64,000 nucleotides of DNA from Cirrosporium novae-zelandiae (taxonomy: Eukaryota), in contig JAPETS010000014.1 in NCBI GenBank assembly GCA_026023565.1, forward strand, positions 62,001-126,000, read 5' to 3'. This document shows, in pieces, positions 25,147-38,505 of the stretch. The notes beneath the pieces were generated by a model that saw only the letters and a list, made by a program, of their open reading frames with translations, was not told the origin of the DNA and searched no databases. The number at the start of each line of letters is the position of its first letter. The stretch's first letter is position 1. The translations under genes and the position numbers were made by a program.

Positions 25147-25780
25147 AAGATCAGAAACAGCTTTGATTTGATCAGTGAGTAATTCCTTCCAACTTCTTTA
25201 TCTGTTTGGTGTATTAGGCCCGTTTGATCCGGCTAGGGTTCCCCTGGTGGTCCCTGGTGGTCCCTGATGGTTCCTGATGGTTCCTGTCTTCGCACAAAAG
25301 CTTTTGTGGCACCGAAACCCTCCCCCAGTCGCTTCCTCCTAATCTGCCAATAGACGACTCCCATCCACCTTTCCAAGTCACTTCTACACACCCAAATTCA
25401 CTTCCAACCCCCATCTCGTTCATTCCAAAGTTAACTAACCTCTGGACCTGCCAAAACATCCTTTTCAGGCTATCCAGAAAAAAAAATAGTCACTCGTTTC
25501 TTTCTTCCTTTCTCAAAGACCTTTTGTCTTAAACTTTCCTTCAGCTTCCTGGTGGAAGGTCAACTTTTACATTGCTCGTCCAGTGTAACCCCATTCAATT
25601 GGTCCTATCGCCGGTCGAAGAATTGACAGCAAGCAGTGAGGGAAACCCGGTCGCCGGTGGAACCAATAAATCGATCATATCAACAACCATAGTAACAAGG
25701 CCAATCAATTATCCGTACAGTATGTTCTTAAGTCGATGAAAAGAAAACTATTTAGGTGAAAAAAAACCTCCCTTGCCGCA

Positions 25781-27729
25781 ATGTATCTTATCCGCGCGTG
25801 GAACGGACGAAGTCAATTAAGGAGGGAAACATACACCGCATCAACGTCGACGCTGTTACTTCTACTACTCGCAATATGGACGCCTTCGTCATCCGCCAAA
25901 GAGTCGTGTATATCTCTCTCGGGCTCGACAGCTTGTCCGGCATTCAATGCTTCTTCTATTTCGACCAACGATGATCTCGTCTCACTTTAGTAAGAGCTAA
26001 AAACTCACTGAGAGGGGCCCGGCGTGCTGACCTCTTCAGTCCATTTTTACAATATGTTTCTAGCAGATCCGACTTTGACTCTCGATTAAGTGATTATGTA
26101 TCGTCTGCCTACGTTAAGGAGAAGTACAGATACTATTGATTTGTGTTCAAGAAATAAACAGTGGCTAACATTTCGACTAGATACAAAACCCTTCTCGGAT
26201 GCGACGATGTTGATCTTTCAAACACAACTGATTATTATGCACGATATACTACCAGTGTAATTTGTAATGGGATAATTCAGAATTCCAAAGACCCTTGTGG
26301 ACTCACGAGTGCAGAGTCTCGGCCACTATGTGCAGACTCGTGTGTTAGTACTCTCTCTCTCTCTCTCTCTCGCTATTTAAACCCAGGTATTAACAAGTTG
26401 CAGGCCCTACAAGCCACCAGCGAGGAACAAATAGTCGTGAACGGTGACCTATGCACAAATCCAGATAGCGACTATATGACCCAAATCAGAGCGGATTTCA
26501 CAAATTGCGCGCTTCCAGCCGACTCACTTAGTGGCGACTGCATCACCGGAGAGGATAATGAGCCCGATAATTGTGGTTACGCATCAAATCTGCCAAGCCT
26601 TTGCGATTACTGTGGAGATAGTTCCCCCAATTCTACAGACTCATGCTGTATAGGAGCAAATGCGACTGGACTATGCGCTAACGTTACTTTGCCTGTTTAC
26701 TCTTCAATGCCGCCACTTTTCACAAGTGCGACATCCAGTGCTGCCTCTTCAGCTACGGCCTCCAGTACTACTGCAGAATTAAGTAATAATAGTCTCAGTG
26801 GTGGAGCGATAGCTGGCATTGTTATCGGTTCTATAGCAGGGGCAGCCTTGTTGCTAGGACTTCTGATATGGTGTTGTGTTTATCTTCGTCGCCGAAAAAG
26901 TGCCCAAACTGCTCCTGTATTCAATCAACCACAACCACAGAGACATGGACCGTCGATGACATTTACAGCCCATGATGGCCCTTCGAATAATCAAGGCTAC
27001 GAGGTCTTACCAGGTGGCCGTGTTGCACGCATGTCAGCTCTAGAAAATGCCTCGCATAATGGCGTAGTTGGTGGTGGCACCATGAGTAGAAGAAGTCGCT
27101 CATATGCAGATACATCCGATTCCGAAGCATACGGCTCTTCTCCAGAGCCCCGAAGTGGAATGCGACCTCCACTAACCAACAGACGCCACGGCTCATTGTC
27201 TAGTAATTCTGTGCTAGCGAGTGTCGATGATCCAACCTCACCTAACTCTAGTAGTAATGGACAACTTTCCTCTCCAGGGATCGGCAGCGGTCAATCTGAA
27301 CAACTAGCATTCTTCAAGGATTATTACTCGAATGAGGAAATCCATCCAAATGACAAGGTAGCGGTGCTTTGGGCTTATCAACCACGAGCAGCAGATGAGT
27401 TCGAGTTAGAAAGAGGCGAAATGCTGAAAGTGGTTGGTATATGGGATGACGGTTGGGCAACTGGTGTTCGCGTCAATGACAGAGTGGAGGACTATGATGG
27501 CAAAAGAAGAGCCCAGCGTGATAGTGGAGTCTCAAATGGTTCGAGAAGAGATTCATCCCCTCCGCCCACTGGAGAGATTAAGGCATTCCCGGTAAGTTCT
27601 ATAATTGTCTTTCTCTACCTCTACTGCCCTCTCGCTAATTTGAATCAGCTTGTCTGTGTGTGTCTGCCAGAACATTGGCGAAAGACCATCGAGGATCCTG
27701 CGCGGGAAGATGACCTACCCAGTCCTTGA
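25781..27729 (+). CDS. Single-pass membrane protein with Cys-rich ectodomain and cytoplasmic SH3 domain
   Basis: Signal-like LLLLLLAIW, Cys-rich region, TM LSGGAIAGIVIGSIAGAALLLGLLIW, SH3 VLWAYQPRAADEFELERGEMLKVVGIWDDGWATG..FP|LVCV; introns ~25990-26039, 26124-26180, 26344-26403, 27592-27648. Confidence 0.85.
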
Positions 27730-29104
27730 AATATAATTAACAGCGATCCTAATTAATCTCTGACTCAACGTTACGGCTTATGACGGTGTTTTTATGTTTC
27801 ATGCTCAAGATCATCTTATCCGCAATCCCTAGACCTCTTCTCATCCGGACATGACTTCCCCAGCTTCCCATCACACACTCACTGGCTGGGTTATTTTCAA
27901 TCCTTCCTATCAATACATTTATCGGCAGGACGTCTCCCGAGCTAGATTTCCTTGGGGAAAGTGTGGTATTGGACAAATCCCACCGGTTTTATCGTGACAA
28001 AAAAGGCGCAAACGAAGCGACATACGTCTTTGGAACACATACATTCACGCCCTTTAGCATACGAATGCTTCAATTTCTTATTTCACTTTTTTTTCGTTCT
28101 GTGACTGGATATCGCGAAAAGGTCTCTTTTACACAGAGGCTTGATACAACGCGTTCAATATACCCCACCACGTTTTTCTCTGCCAATCAGCAGCAGCGCG
28201 GCATTTGTGTACGATTTACTTCTTGTTTCTTTCAGGGATAGCTTCTAGATTCAGGAAGGATATGTTAATTAATGGCAGCATCAGCTGGGGAAGAAAGGGG
28301 AGGTGAAAGATAACGCAGGGGAGGGGAAGATGCGCTGGTCAGATGACTAGGGAGAGTAGGTAACAACTTCTTGTGAATAAGGTTAAAATCACTGCACAAA
28401 ATAACCTCGGGACCTATCTATATATGTAGGCCTGGTCTAGATGTTTGAGATATCTTAGTTTTCTTCAGTGTAAGCTGGCCTCTTATATCAATATTTCTAG
28501 TCTTTTTCTGATTGCAATTATCCACTACATCAAACCCTCACTACCATTAATATTAAATACATTTCCTAGAAGTTCACTGTTACTCCTTTTTTACAGTTTT
28601 AAGAATATCGGAGAGTTAGTCTCGGCTTTTGCTTGCATAAGATATACCGTTGTTTCACTTCATTCTTATAACTCTTAGTTTTATCGGTATCTTGCTCCAG
28701 CCTAACGTGTTCTTATAGAGAGAACCCGGTGAAGCGCAGCTAAACGTAAAAGTGCTGTTGAAACAGAAGTCGCGAAAATATATGCTCCTATGCTACGATG
28801 TTAAAAAAGGGAATCTCCAAGTTCGATTATTTACGTAATTAGACATTGAGGATTTACATGGAAATAGAGAGAACGACGAGTGTGTCCATGAATATGCAGC
28901 AAGTGGAGGTGATTGGTGATGATGAGAGAAACAAGATATGATAAACCGTAAAGCAATGGATGGTGCCGTGTTGATCGCGCTACTAAAGATATAAATTCAG
29001 TAAACACTCCTCGCCTTTGCATCTTACGCAAGTTCACCAACTGACCGTCACTTTTCCATTACCTACGAGTCAGCCTCAAAAGTTCTTGACGAAGGTAAAC
29101 CGCA

Positions 29105-30382
29105 ATGTCTCTATTACAGAGACTTAGTATGCGTTATGGTTCCAGCTGGCAACACGATCGTGCTGGTCTCACGCAGGATAAACCACCCTCGACACGCACC
29201 TCATGTATCCCACGAGCATTAACCTCATCCATACGGGCTTCATCATATAACACAGAACCCCCATCAGCAAATATGACATCAGGGACAGTGACGTCTACAC
29301 TAGCAGCACTTCAATCGCCCGAAGTTGCAGGCGAAATAGCTACCCCAACCCTCACTTCAACTCTCACTCCAGCCTCTCCCAACCCTGCAGAGCTTTCTAC
29401 CACCTCTGCTCTTCTTTCTCTTTCAACCCTACTTTGTGACCCAAAGAAGAATGCTGCCTTCAAAACTCTTCACAATTTCATCTCCCCAACCTATGACCCT
29501 ATCGACTCTTCATCTATCTATCTCACTCCAGAACCCTTTAAACCTTCAAGTTGGCATTTTTGGGGGGTATCTGAGATACCTGCCAGGAGACTTGAGGCTC
29601 AGATCACTTTCGCAGTTGACGTCAAGGATGCACTTAATTTGCTGTACGGGCTAAAGGATGTGTCTCTAGAGGATCTTACTTTCCTCAAGGCAGAGATAAA
29701 TAAGGAGAATGTTATAATTTATCCTGAACATATCCGTGCGTTCGTTGAAGTCGCTGTGTTGCATCTTAAACATACTGCCTTCAAGAAGCGAAAGCCGGGG
29801 CTTGTTTGGTTGGTCTACCAGTCCATTCTGTTGAGCCAGGCTCGCCCAGAGATTGAAACAAATGCGTTTCCCTCCCCTGCTTGGACCGAGTCATCCCATG
29901 CACCCGTTTCTACCACTGAGGCTCACTCTAAGAATGAAGGCGTGTCGCGAATGACCTATGAGTCTATTGCTCGCGCTTCCATCCGCTTCCTCTCGTCTCT
30001 GGGATCCATGCTTCGTGCCAATTCCGCCACCAGCATCACCAAACCTCCCATGACCAACAATACCATGATTGACGTCCCAGCGGTCGCCACCATCATCAAC
30101 AATATCACAATGTACTATCAGAGGTACCTGGATCTGGAGGCTAATCGCCCCAAAATCGCTCCTACAGATAACCCCAAATTCGAACAACATCGGCATCTAG
30201 GGGATCAAAGCACCATGCAGACCAACGGCACCTCCGAATATATCAACTCGCAAGAAAACACATCGCCTCTACATCTTTTTCGGTCCTATTCCAGACAGTC
30301 ACAAAGATCCAGCGCCACGATCTTATCTCCAATTACCTCTCGCACTCTCAGAAACCTCACATGTCCCTGGGAAGAGCGTTGA
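29105..30382 (+). CDS. Hypothetical protein (425-aa ORF, no recognised domain)
   Basis: Long uninterrupted ORF with protein-like composition. Confidence 0.55.
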   Translation: MSLLQRLSMRYGSSWQHDRAGLTQDKPPSTRTSCIPRALTSSIRASSYNTEPPSANMTSGTVTSTLAALQSPEVAGEIATPTLTSTLTPASPNPAELSTTSALLSLSTLLCDPKKNAAFKTLHNFISPTYDPIDSSSIYLTPEPFKPSSWHFWGVSEIPARRLEAQITFAVDVKDALNLLYGLKDVSLEDLTFLKAEINKENVIIYPEHIRAFVEVAVLHLKHTAFKKRKPGLVWLVYQSILLSQARPEIETNAFPSPAWTESSHAPVSTTEAHSKNEGVSRMTYESIARASIRFLSSLGSMLRANSATSITKPPMTNNTMIDVPAVATIINNITMYYQRYLDLEANRPKIAPTDNPKFEQHRHLGDQSTMQTNGTSEYINSQENTSPLHLFRSYSRQSQRSSATILSPITSRTLRNLTCPWEER

Positions 30383-31099
30383 AACGAGCTTATCGCACTA
30401 TCTCTCTTTCTTGTTGTTGGAAGACGTCGGTATACAACGAGAGAGTGTGTGAGATTCCTTATTCTGGACAGCTACGTACAACCTCACATCATCTGAATCA
30501 ATATCAGATCATGGACTGCTTCTATGGTATGTGTGATAGGAAGGAAATCAGGGGAACTGGAATGATTGGCTATTGGAGTGGGGAGGGGGAGGGGGGGAGT
30601 TATGTGAAGTGATGACAATGACAATGGAATGAAGAGAAAAAGAGTTCTAATTTCATAGATTAGAACCTTTTTTCCCATAACATTACCATACGATACAGTT
30701 CATCAGAGAAATACTCACTCCCCTAGAAAAGCAAAAAAAAGAAACTATTCACATGTATGCATGCGATGAAGATTAAGCGTTCCGTTCCGTTTTATTTCAT
30801 TTCATCCCCTTTTTCTTTATCCCCATTCCCTATCCCACTTTCCTCCAACCCCAACCTTTCACCCGCCCCCAAAAAATTCATCAATCCCTATCCTATCCTA
30901 TCCCTATTCGATAAAACCTATACACAAAATCCTAAAATCCTAAAATTCTAATAGCCCACTATGTTTCACGAATCACGATAATGTTTCTTACTGATAAACG
31001 CTTGTTGCTGTTGTTTTTAGTGTTGGAAAAATTAGGGCGGGAAGGAGGAGAGGAGGGAGGGGGGGGTAATTCAAGGGGTAGGGGCAGGGGTTGCGTAAT

Positions 31100-31345
31100 C
31101 TGTATGTATGTATGTATGCATGCATGCATGCACGCACGGTTAACTCACTCGTGCTTGTGCGTGCTTGTGTATACATGTGCCCAGGGAAGCGACGTCACTC
31201 ATATCGTTTCACGACCCATCCGTCAACCAATCCATGAGTTTAATTTAGTTTAGCTTACTTCACTCCACTCCACTTCACTTTAAGTACCCTCATTCACTCA
31301 TTCACTCATCCATCCATCCATCCATCCATCCATCTACCACTTTTT
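31100..31345. repeat. Compound microsatellite cluster: (TATG)n-(CATG)n-(CACG), (TCCA)n, poly-C
   Basis: Directly visible. Confidence 0.8.
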
Positions 31346-32027
31346 ACCCCCCCCCCCCCCCCACTTCTCATGAAAAAGGGGGCGGAGAGGGAAGTGGGGG
31401 GTAGGTAAACTTCTATTATAAAAATTATAAAAATTGTAAAAATACACGCTACTATGGGGGGAGGAGGGGGAGGGGAGGGGGATTATTTACTTAGGTGTGT
31501 ATTCGAGAAATGAGGGATCATAAATACGCCCCCAACTACCAACTACTACTATAGATATAGATATATAGATATAGAGTTCTATTTGACTCTGGAGAGAGAA
31601 AGAGAAAGAGAAAGAGAAAGAGAAAAGAAGAGGAGATGGAAGAAGTAAAATGGAAACGGTCAGCCAGACAGACATATTGATTAAATATATTGCATGTAGC
31701 ACGTAAAAAGTATATATTCATATTCATGTTCATATATCTATGTACTATATATATATAGAGCTAGCTTGTATAACATTCACAAATTCTAATATCCCATCAG
31801 GTTATTTTTTTTCTCTTCATACGCAAAACCTGAAAAGGGGGTACATACATCACATCACATCGCAAAGCATGAGCATGGCACGCATATATACTAATCATAA
31901 AAAGGCTCTCAACTTCATCTTCTAATAATCCAAATCAATCACTCATGTATATATACACCTTTCCTTTCCTTTCTTTCCCCCCTTTTTTTCCCTTTACCCC
32001 TCCAACCCTCACCCTCTCGTCCCAATT

Positions 32028-34198
32028 CTAACAGCTCCACACACCAACCGTTCCATCCCTCCTCCCTTCTACCAAAAACCCATCCTTAACTCTACATCGT
32101 TCGATTCTGTATCCACTTCCAAGCCCCTTTCCTTCTTCTCGAGCTTGCATGCCCTCGCCGCAATCCCAGTGATGTCCGTCCGTCTTATCATAAACCTTGA
32201 CAACATCTTCGCCCGCGGCCGCAACGATGCGCCGCGTGTCGAAATGCATATCTGTGATGGGGTGATCGTAAGCGTAGGCATCATGGATGGTGCCGGTGCG
32301 GAGGTCCCATATCTATATTTTTTTATGATATTAGTTACAAGGTCTTTCCGAACAAATATTTCTTGGCAATAGAAATAAGAAAGCTTACCCTAATGCTCTT
32401 ATCCAAACTTCCCGTAACCAGATGTGTATCGTCAAACTTTAGTGCTGTTACTGGCCCAGTGTGCCCCACCAAACTTCTGTGCACCTGTCCACTCCTTAAA
32501 TCCCACAGTCTGACCATGCCGTCCGCCGTACCGCATGCGAGGGCCGCATCAAACACCTGTAGAGCCCCGACAAAGTCTGCACTTGCATCATGCACTCTAC
32601 CATGGCTACCGGTGTTGGCGGGTCGTGTCCAGCTAGAGGTTGGTGCGGCGGTGGGGACGTCATTGACAGCGAGAGAGGCAGAAGCTTGAGCCGCCGCCCA
32701 AAGGACATCAAGGGTTTGAACACAACGCCCTTTAGTAAGATCCCACTGGCGAAGGGTCTTGTCTGCAGATCCAGAGACGAGTGTGTCTTTGCGGAAGTGA
32801 AGGGCCGTGACCTCGTCAACATGAGCGGAGAGAGTAAATAAGGGGCATTCTTGCATGGTCGAGGGCGGTGGAGGCGGTGGAGCATCTTCAGAATTCCCGA
32901 ACGTAAGGCCATCTTCTGAGTCTCCGACCTCGGAACCTCCATCATGGGGAGTATAATCGGCGCGACTAAGGTCCCAGAGACGGATAGTAGCATCTGCCGA
33001 ACCGGTCGCAACAAGGTTGTCTTCAACTTGAAGGCAACGCACCGAGGCGTGATGACCCTCTAGGAGGCCAATACAACGGCCACGGTTAAGGTCCCAGACT
33101 CGGACGGTGTCGTCAAGGGCAGAGGTGACGAGAGTACCAAAGGGATAATCGAAATCAAGGGCTGAGATAACGTCGGAATGGGCTTCGAGTTCTTTAATTT
33201 TAGAGCCTGGGGAGAAGTGCTCATGGAGAATAGGCATGGACGTCGGGCGCCGGCGGCCCTTCTTCCGTCTTGTCCGCGATGTGGGCAATTTTTGATAGAT
33301 GGATTCGGACATGAACCCTGAGGCGGGTTGCTGTTCTTCTGACTCTGTAGAAGCATCCTCCTCGGCAGTAGGTGTGGCTGAGGAGTCCGATAAATCAGCA
33401 GCGTCTTCGAACTCTTCCTGCAATGCTTCGATCTTGTTGTCAAAATCTTCAAGTTCATGTTCAAGGTCAATCTCTTCATGTTCCAGATTGGCTAGCCGAT
33501 CTAGAACAATCTCCCGCATGCGATTGAGGTTTACGATTTTGCTATCAATCTCACGGATCTCAGAACTGCACATGTTTTTCCTTATTCCCATCATATCTAG
33601 TCGACGATCTATTGCTCTACGCTCATTCTTCAACTTTGTAATGTTTGGGTGTCCGTTCGATTCATCTTCTGTAGCCTCCAATAGCCTCTGCTCTCGTGAG
33701 CGGTGCCGTTTATACTCGGGATCCGCTTCCGGAAGTGTTGCTTGAAATCCCTGAAATAGAGAGTGTGTGTTCTCATCCTTGGGTATATTTGAGAGTAGCT
33801 CGTCGGGCAAATGGGCCAACGCACGAGACTGGATCTCCGAGGTTGATAGCTTCGACCTTACAATCTCCGCCGGAGAGGCTTGCGCAAAGGAAAATACACT
33901 TCTCTGTATGTTTGGTCGATGTAAACCTCTATGAATCTCGGTCATGGCACTTTGATATTGGGAACCTCCGGGAAGAGGACCGATGAGCTGGCCGGCTGTT
34001 GTGGTTACTTTGCGACTGAAGGCTTCAATGTGCCGCGTCTAGAAGCCCGTCAATCTTTAGGATGATACAACATGGAAGGGAATGGCCCACGGTCAAAGCA
34101 GTTCCAAGTACCCCCTCTTCTTCATCGTCATCTTCTTCTGACCAATCCTCGTCCACATCCTCCGGCGCAGAAGCTTCGCCGCTCTCAGGGTAAGCCAT
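32028..34198 (-). CDS. MDV1: Mitochondrial fission adaptor Mdv1/Caf4 (coiled coil + WD40)
   Basis: ATG 34198, intron, then [21 protein letters not shown], coiled coil, WD40 repeats ([41 protein letters not shown]), last exon IWDLRTG..VGVWSC*. Confidence 0.93.
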
Positions 34199-34551
34199 AG
34201 ATTATCTTTGAAGCATTTAGGAATTTAGATTAAGGATTATTCATGCAATGGCGACCCCAAGGTAGAAAGTTTATCACCACGAAGCAAGAATTGTCTGGAT
34301 AAATGAAGAAAAGTAAATTCAAGAAGTAGCTATCAAACCCCAGTCAACTATGCCGCATTGTGGCGTTTAAACTGTGGCTGCCGAAATCGGTAGGGCCGCT
34401 GATCGTCTCGTCTTAGTTACTTACTACTACCACCATTAACTACACCAACCAATTGCTCTCCTACTTTCCACTTCCAATTTCATCTTTATATTTACCTCAC
34501 GTCAATTTTCACCTATCTATCGGAAATCCATCCTTGGACTCATATTGAACA

Positions 34552-36642
34552 ATGGAGGAAAAGGAAAAGACCAGCCGTGGACTTACCCTACGAAGAAAAG
34601 GGACTCGCAAACCCCCAAAGCACAAAGCTCCACAGATTTCTGGTCCACTATTAAATACGGCAACCAACGTGCGGACTGGTAAACCCATCGAAATAGCAAA
34701 CCTCCGAGAACGTCCCATTCAGACAGGCGGACAGACTGCAGATTTGGTCAAGAGGAGATATTCAACACGGTTTACGCAATTACCTGACGTTCACAATGGC
34801 AGTGTTGTACCTCCAATACCGTCGATGCCAACTATTCCACAAGAATTCGAGGAAGATACATCAATACCTCAGAATGATGTCCCGATCAAGTCAGGAGGAC
34901 CCGTGGAGGTGGATATCAAAGCTTTAAGAGACCCGACTCTCCAACCTGAAAAATGTATGTGATATGGTTACTAGTGGGAAAATGCTTTCTAACTCGTCTA
35001 TAGATATTACAAATCTCCTTTCGAATGCTTCAGAGCAGGATATTCGTGAGTACCAGAACAACCTACGCAAGATCAAGAATAGAACATCAGCGGACCTTCA
35101 ACAGAATGTCTACCAAAATCGAACGCAATTCATTAAGATCAGTAAAGAGGCGGAAAAGCTTAAGGGGGAGATGAGGACCCTCCGGAATTTAATGTCTGAG
35201 CTTACAAACGCTCTTGGCCAGGCAACAGTATCGAACGATACATCCACTGCTTCTTCAACTTTTGCCGATCGTACCGCCATAGCACGAAAACAAGCAAATA
35301 GAAGTTCCGTTGCAAACCTAGAAGCTATGTGGAATACTCAGCTTCAAGCCCTCTGGAAGAATGTCGAAAGGTCGCAAAAATATCTGCCTTCCATCCCTGG
35401 ACGACACATAATCCTGGAAACAGGACACTGGGTGGAACTTGATTCCGCGACTTGGAAACCAAGAAGACCAATACACATCTTCTTACTCAACGACCATCTA
35501 CTTGTTTCTTCAAGGAAAAAGAAGCGTATTGACCCGAACGGTCCACCACCGAAAGGGCCCATACCTACTAAGCTATTCGCAGAGGAGTGCTGGCCTCTGC
35601 AAGATGTGGATATGATTGACCTTGGTTCAAATAGTGGCGATAAAGGGCCTCATAATCGGAGTATTGCGAATGCAATTAGCATTCGTGTCGGAGGAAAGTC
35701 TTGGACATTCCGACATGATCGACCGGACACTAATGATAAGAACAATCTGCTTGTGACATTCCGTAAAACTGTAGAAGAGTTGCGAAAGTCTCTACGGGCA
35801 GAAACCGAAGGGCCGGCAAGGGCAAGAGATACACTCAATTATCTTGCTAGTCGTGATCCCGCAATCTCGAAGCAAGCTGAACTCCTCGGAAACCTCGCTG
35901 ATAACAATTTATCGAGAGACCGTCCTGACTTCTTAATCGATGTGGATGGCAAACAACAAAATCTACGATGGGTAGAGGGTCAAATTGATGAATTAGATGT
36001 TGATATTGCTCTACAGCGGTTTGCAGAGGCAGTTGAGAGTGTAGAAAAGCTACGGAAATTAGCTAAAGGACTGAAAAGCAATGCCATTGCTCAAGACATT
36101 ATAACCGTTAAAGTTGACGAGAGAGCTAGCAAGTTGGCATCTTTGGTTATGAGGCGATTAGTGGATACTCATGCTGGACTCAACTCAACACAAATAAATG
36201 TGAGCTGGTTAACTCGACTAGGATACCAAGATCGTGCGAGAGAAGCGTATCTGAAAGCGCGTAGCGGTGCCATAGAGGCCAGGAGCAGGTATGTCAATTC
36301 TAAGTATTAAAAGTCACTAAATTAATCCCTACTAGGCAATGCATTTTCTCTGGCCAACTCCCCCAATACATGTTTGAGATCGCCTTCATATATTTCACAG
36401 TCATTAAAAACACAGTCAACGTATACCAGAAATGCTTCCCGAGTACAATGATGAGCGCATGCGTCAAATGGGCCCAAGGGCATGTTCAAGGGTTTAATAT
36501 CATTTTAGTGAGACAGTTGAGTGGGGTAGAGAAGGGGGGAGAAACTTGGTATCAATGTTTGAATCTGGTGAAGGAGCAGGCCAAGATGTTGTCCGAAGTG
36601 GGGTTGGATTTTGGCGTGATGATAGGACAGGTTGAGGCATAG
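34552..36642 (+). CDS. EXO84: Exocyst complex subunit Exo84
   Basis: LVKRRYSTRF, DLQQNVYQNRTQFIKISKE, PH-like HIFLLNDHLLV, LTRLGYQDRAREAYL; introns near 34955-35002 and 36289-36335. Confidence 0.93.
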
Positions 36643-38505
36643 GGACAAGGTCACCGAGAATGAGGAGGAAATGATTTGGGTTGAGGGCTTTGTTGATGTG
36701 GAGGGGAAAGAACCTAGATAGCATCAGATCTCAGGTGATTATGATTCCAGTCTATCAATTTCATTATGATGATTAACCAAGGGAAAACAACAATAGGACA
36801 TCCATTCATCTTCATCTCTATCGACATTTCTTACTGTAACCTAGAGTATAGATCCGCAACGACCACAACTATTACCGATACCATACATTCAAGTATAATC
36901 TAGCACTTCCCTTGCCTCTTTCATCACAAAAAATGACAGACCCGACAGGCTTCCAAATCATTACTAGACCTATCCATTGTCCTCGTTCTTGACGGGAACA
37001 CCTTTATATCCTCAAAACAGTAAATACAATAAGTTTTGACATCCCACTTCGGTATTCCAAGCTCGACTCTATGCAAACATCTTCTCAAAGCGTGCTTATT
37101 AAAGGATAAAAGAATAAGATATAATACTATAATGTCAGGTGAAATATTTTCACGTTAATGTCAATCTTGTATTTCTTCCAACGAAATAAGGCAGGAACTA
37201 TACCAAATATCGACTATGACGGAATATTTCTTCTGATACCACAGTATACGAACCCAACATGAAGGACTAGGGTACATTGCATTATAACTATTTGAATTAG
37301 GCAGGGCCAGATACACGAAGTTAATACTATGGCCATTAGTAAAAACCCTTTTGTTTAAACGATCTTGATAATATCCATAATAGTGGTCCGTTGTCATCCA
37401 TTGGTAAGTTTAGCGGTTTTTATGGGTCCTAACTCCTAAGACTTGCCTTTTAAAATCAGACGCAAGATTCTGATTGAGCGAGTTCAATATCATCTAGTAA
37501 TTTATACACCCTCGGACGAAAGAATTTGATCCATTCGTAAAGAGGGGGGGGTGGCTGAGCTTGTTTTTTGAAGCTTGTCGGCGCTTAGAAATTTCCTAGT
37601 CCGATCGGGTACGGCCGCCTGTCATTTTCTGTAATTCTCCGACTAATGGCAATCAGGCGGGGTTATCAAGATACCGACACCGGGACCAAAAACGCTCTAA
37701 GATTGGTTCATCAAGTAGGACTTCTGAAAAGGCCGATCGATCATCGGCAAGTTTTTAGGCGAAAGGCCGAATTCCAATACATTGGTCAAATTTTTCATTC
37801 TTCCCAACTGTGCCAACTTCCCCTTCATGACCCCCTAACTCGCGATAGTTACGTTGTGGCATCCACTTCATCCCCTCCCGTTATTAGAAACTTCATGTTT
37901 TTCGCTCTATTACGTCTTGCTACTGGTTGGAGGAACGCTAGATCAAGGTCTAGAGGTGACTGTCCCTCCTGTCTATCTGCCAGATGATAGATGATAGAAT
38001 AACCCCGTGGTAATATAGTCAGGCAAATCCTTACTATTTCGATGGTGGCGCGTCTGAATAATGCTTTGTTCTTTGTCTCCTGAATAATGTTTGCCTAAAT
38101 AATGTATCACTTATTTCTTAGCTTTTTATATGGCGTAACTACTATGTTAGTTAACAGATCTCCACCATGATTTTTTCGGTATCTGCTCGCCCTCCGTGTT
38201 TAATATCTCCATCTAACTCCGACTTTCCCGCTATATTAGTCGGACAGATCTAAACAGAGGCTCCGATCTGGTTGATTTTTTTTTACAATAAGTTGTTAAT
38301 GATGCTAGGGACATATTTTCTTTCTATTATGCACTACAAATCACTATAATATAACAATATATCCCGTTAGCTGCTCTGGCATTGTGGAACCATCTTACTA
38401 TACTATACCACAGGAGATCTCACATAAATCTGCAAGCTATCTGTCTTCTACACCCACAGTTGCGACCTTATCTATTGAAGCTCTGACGAAGAGCATTAAA
38501 TCGTC

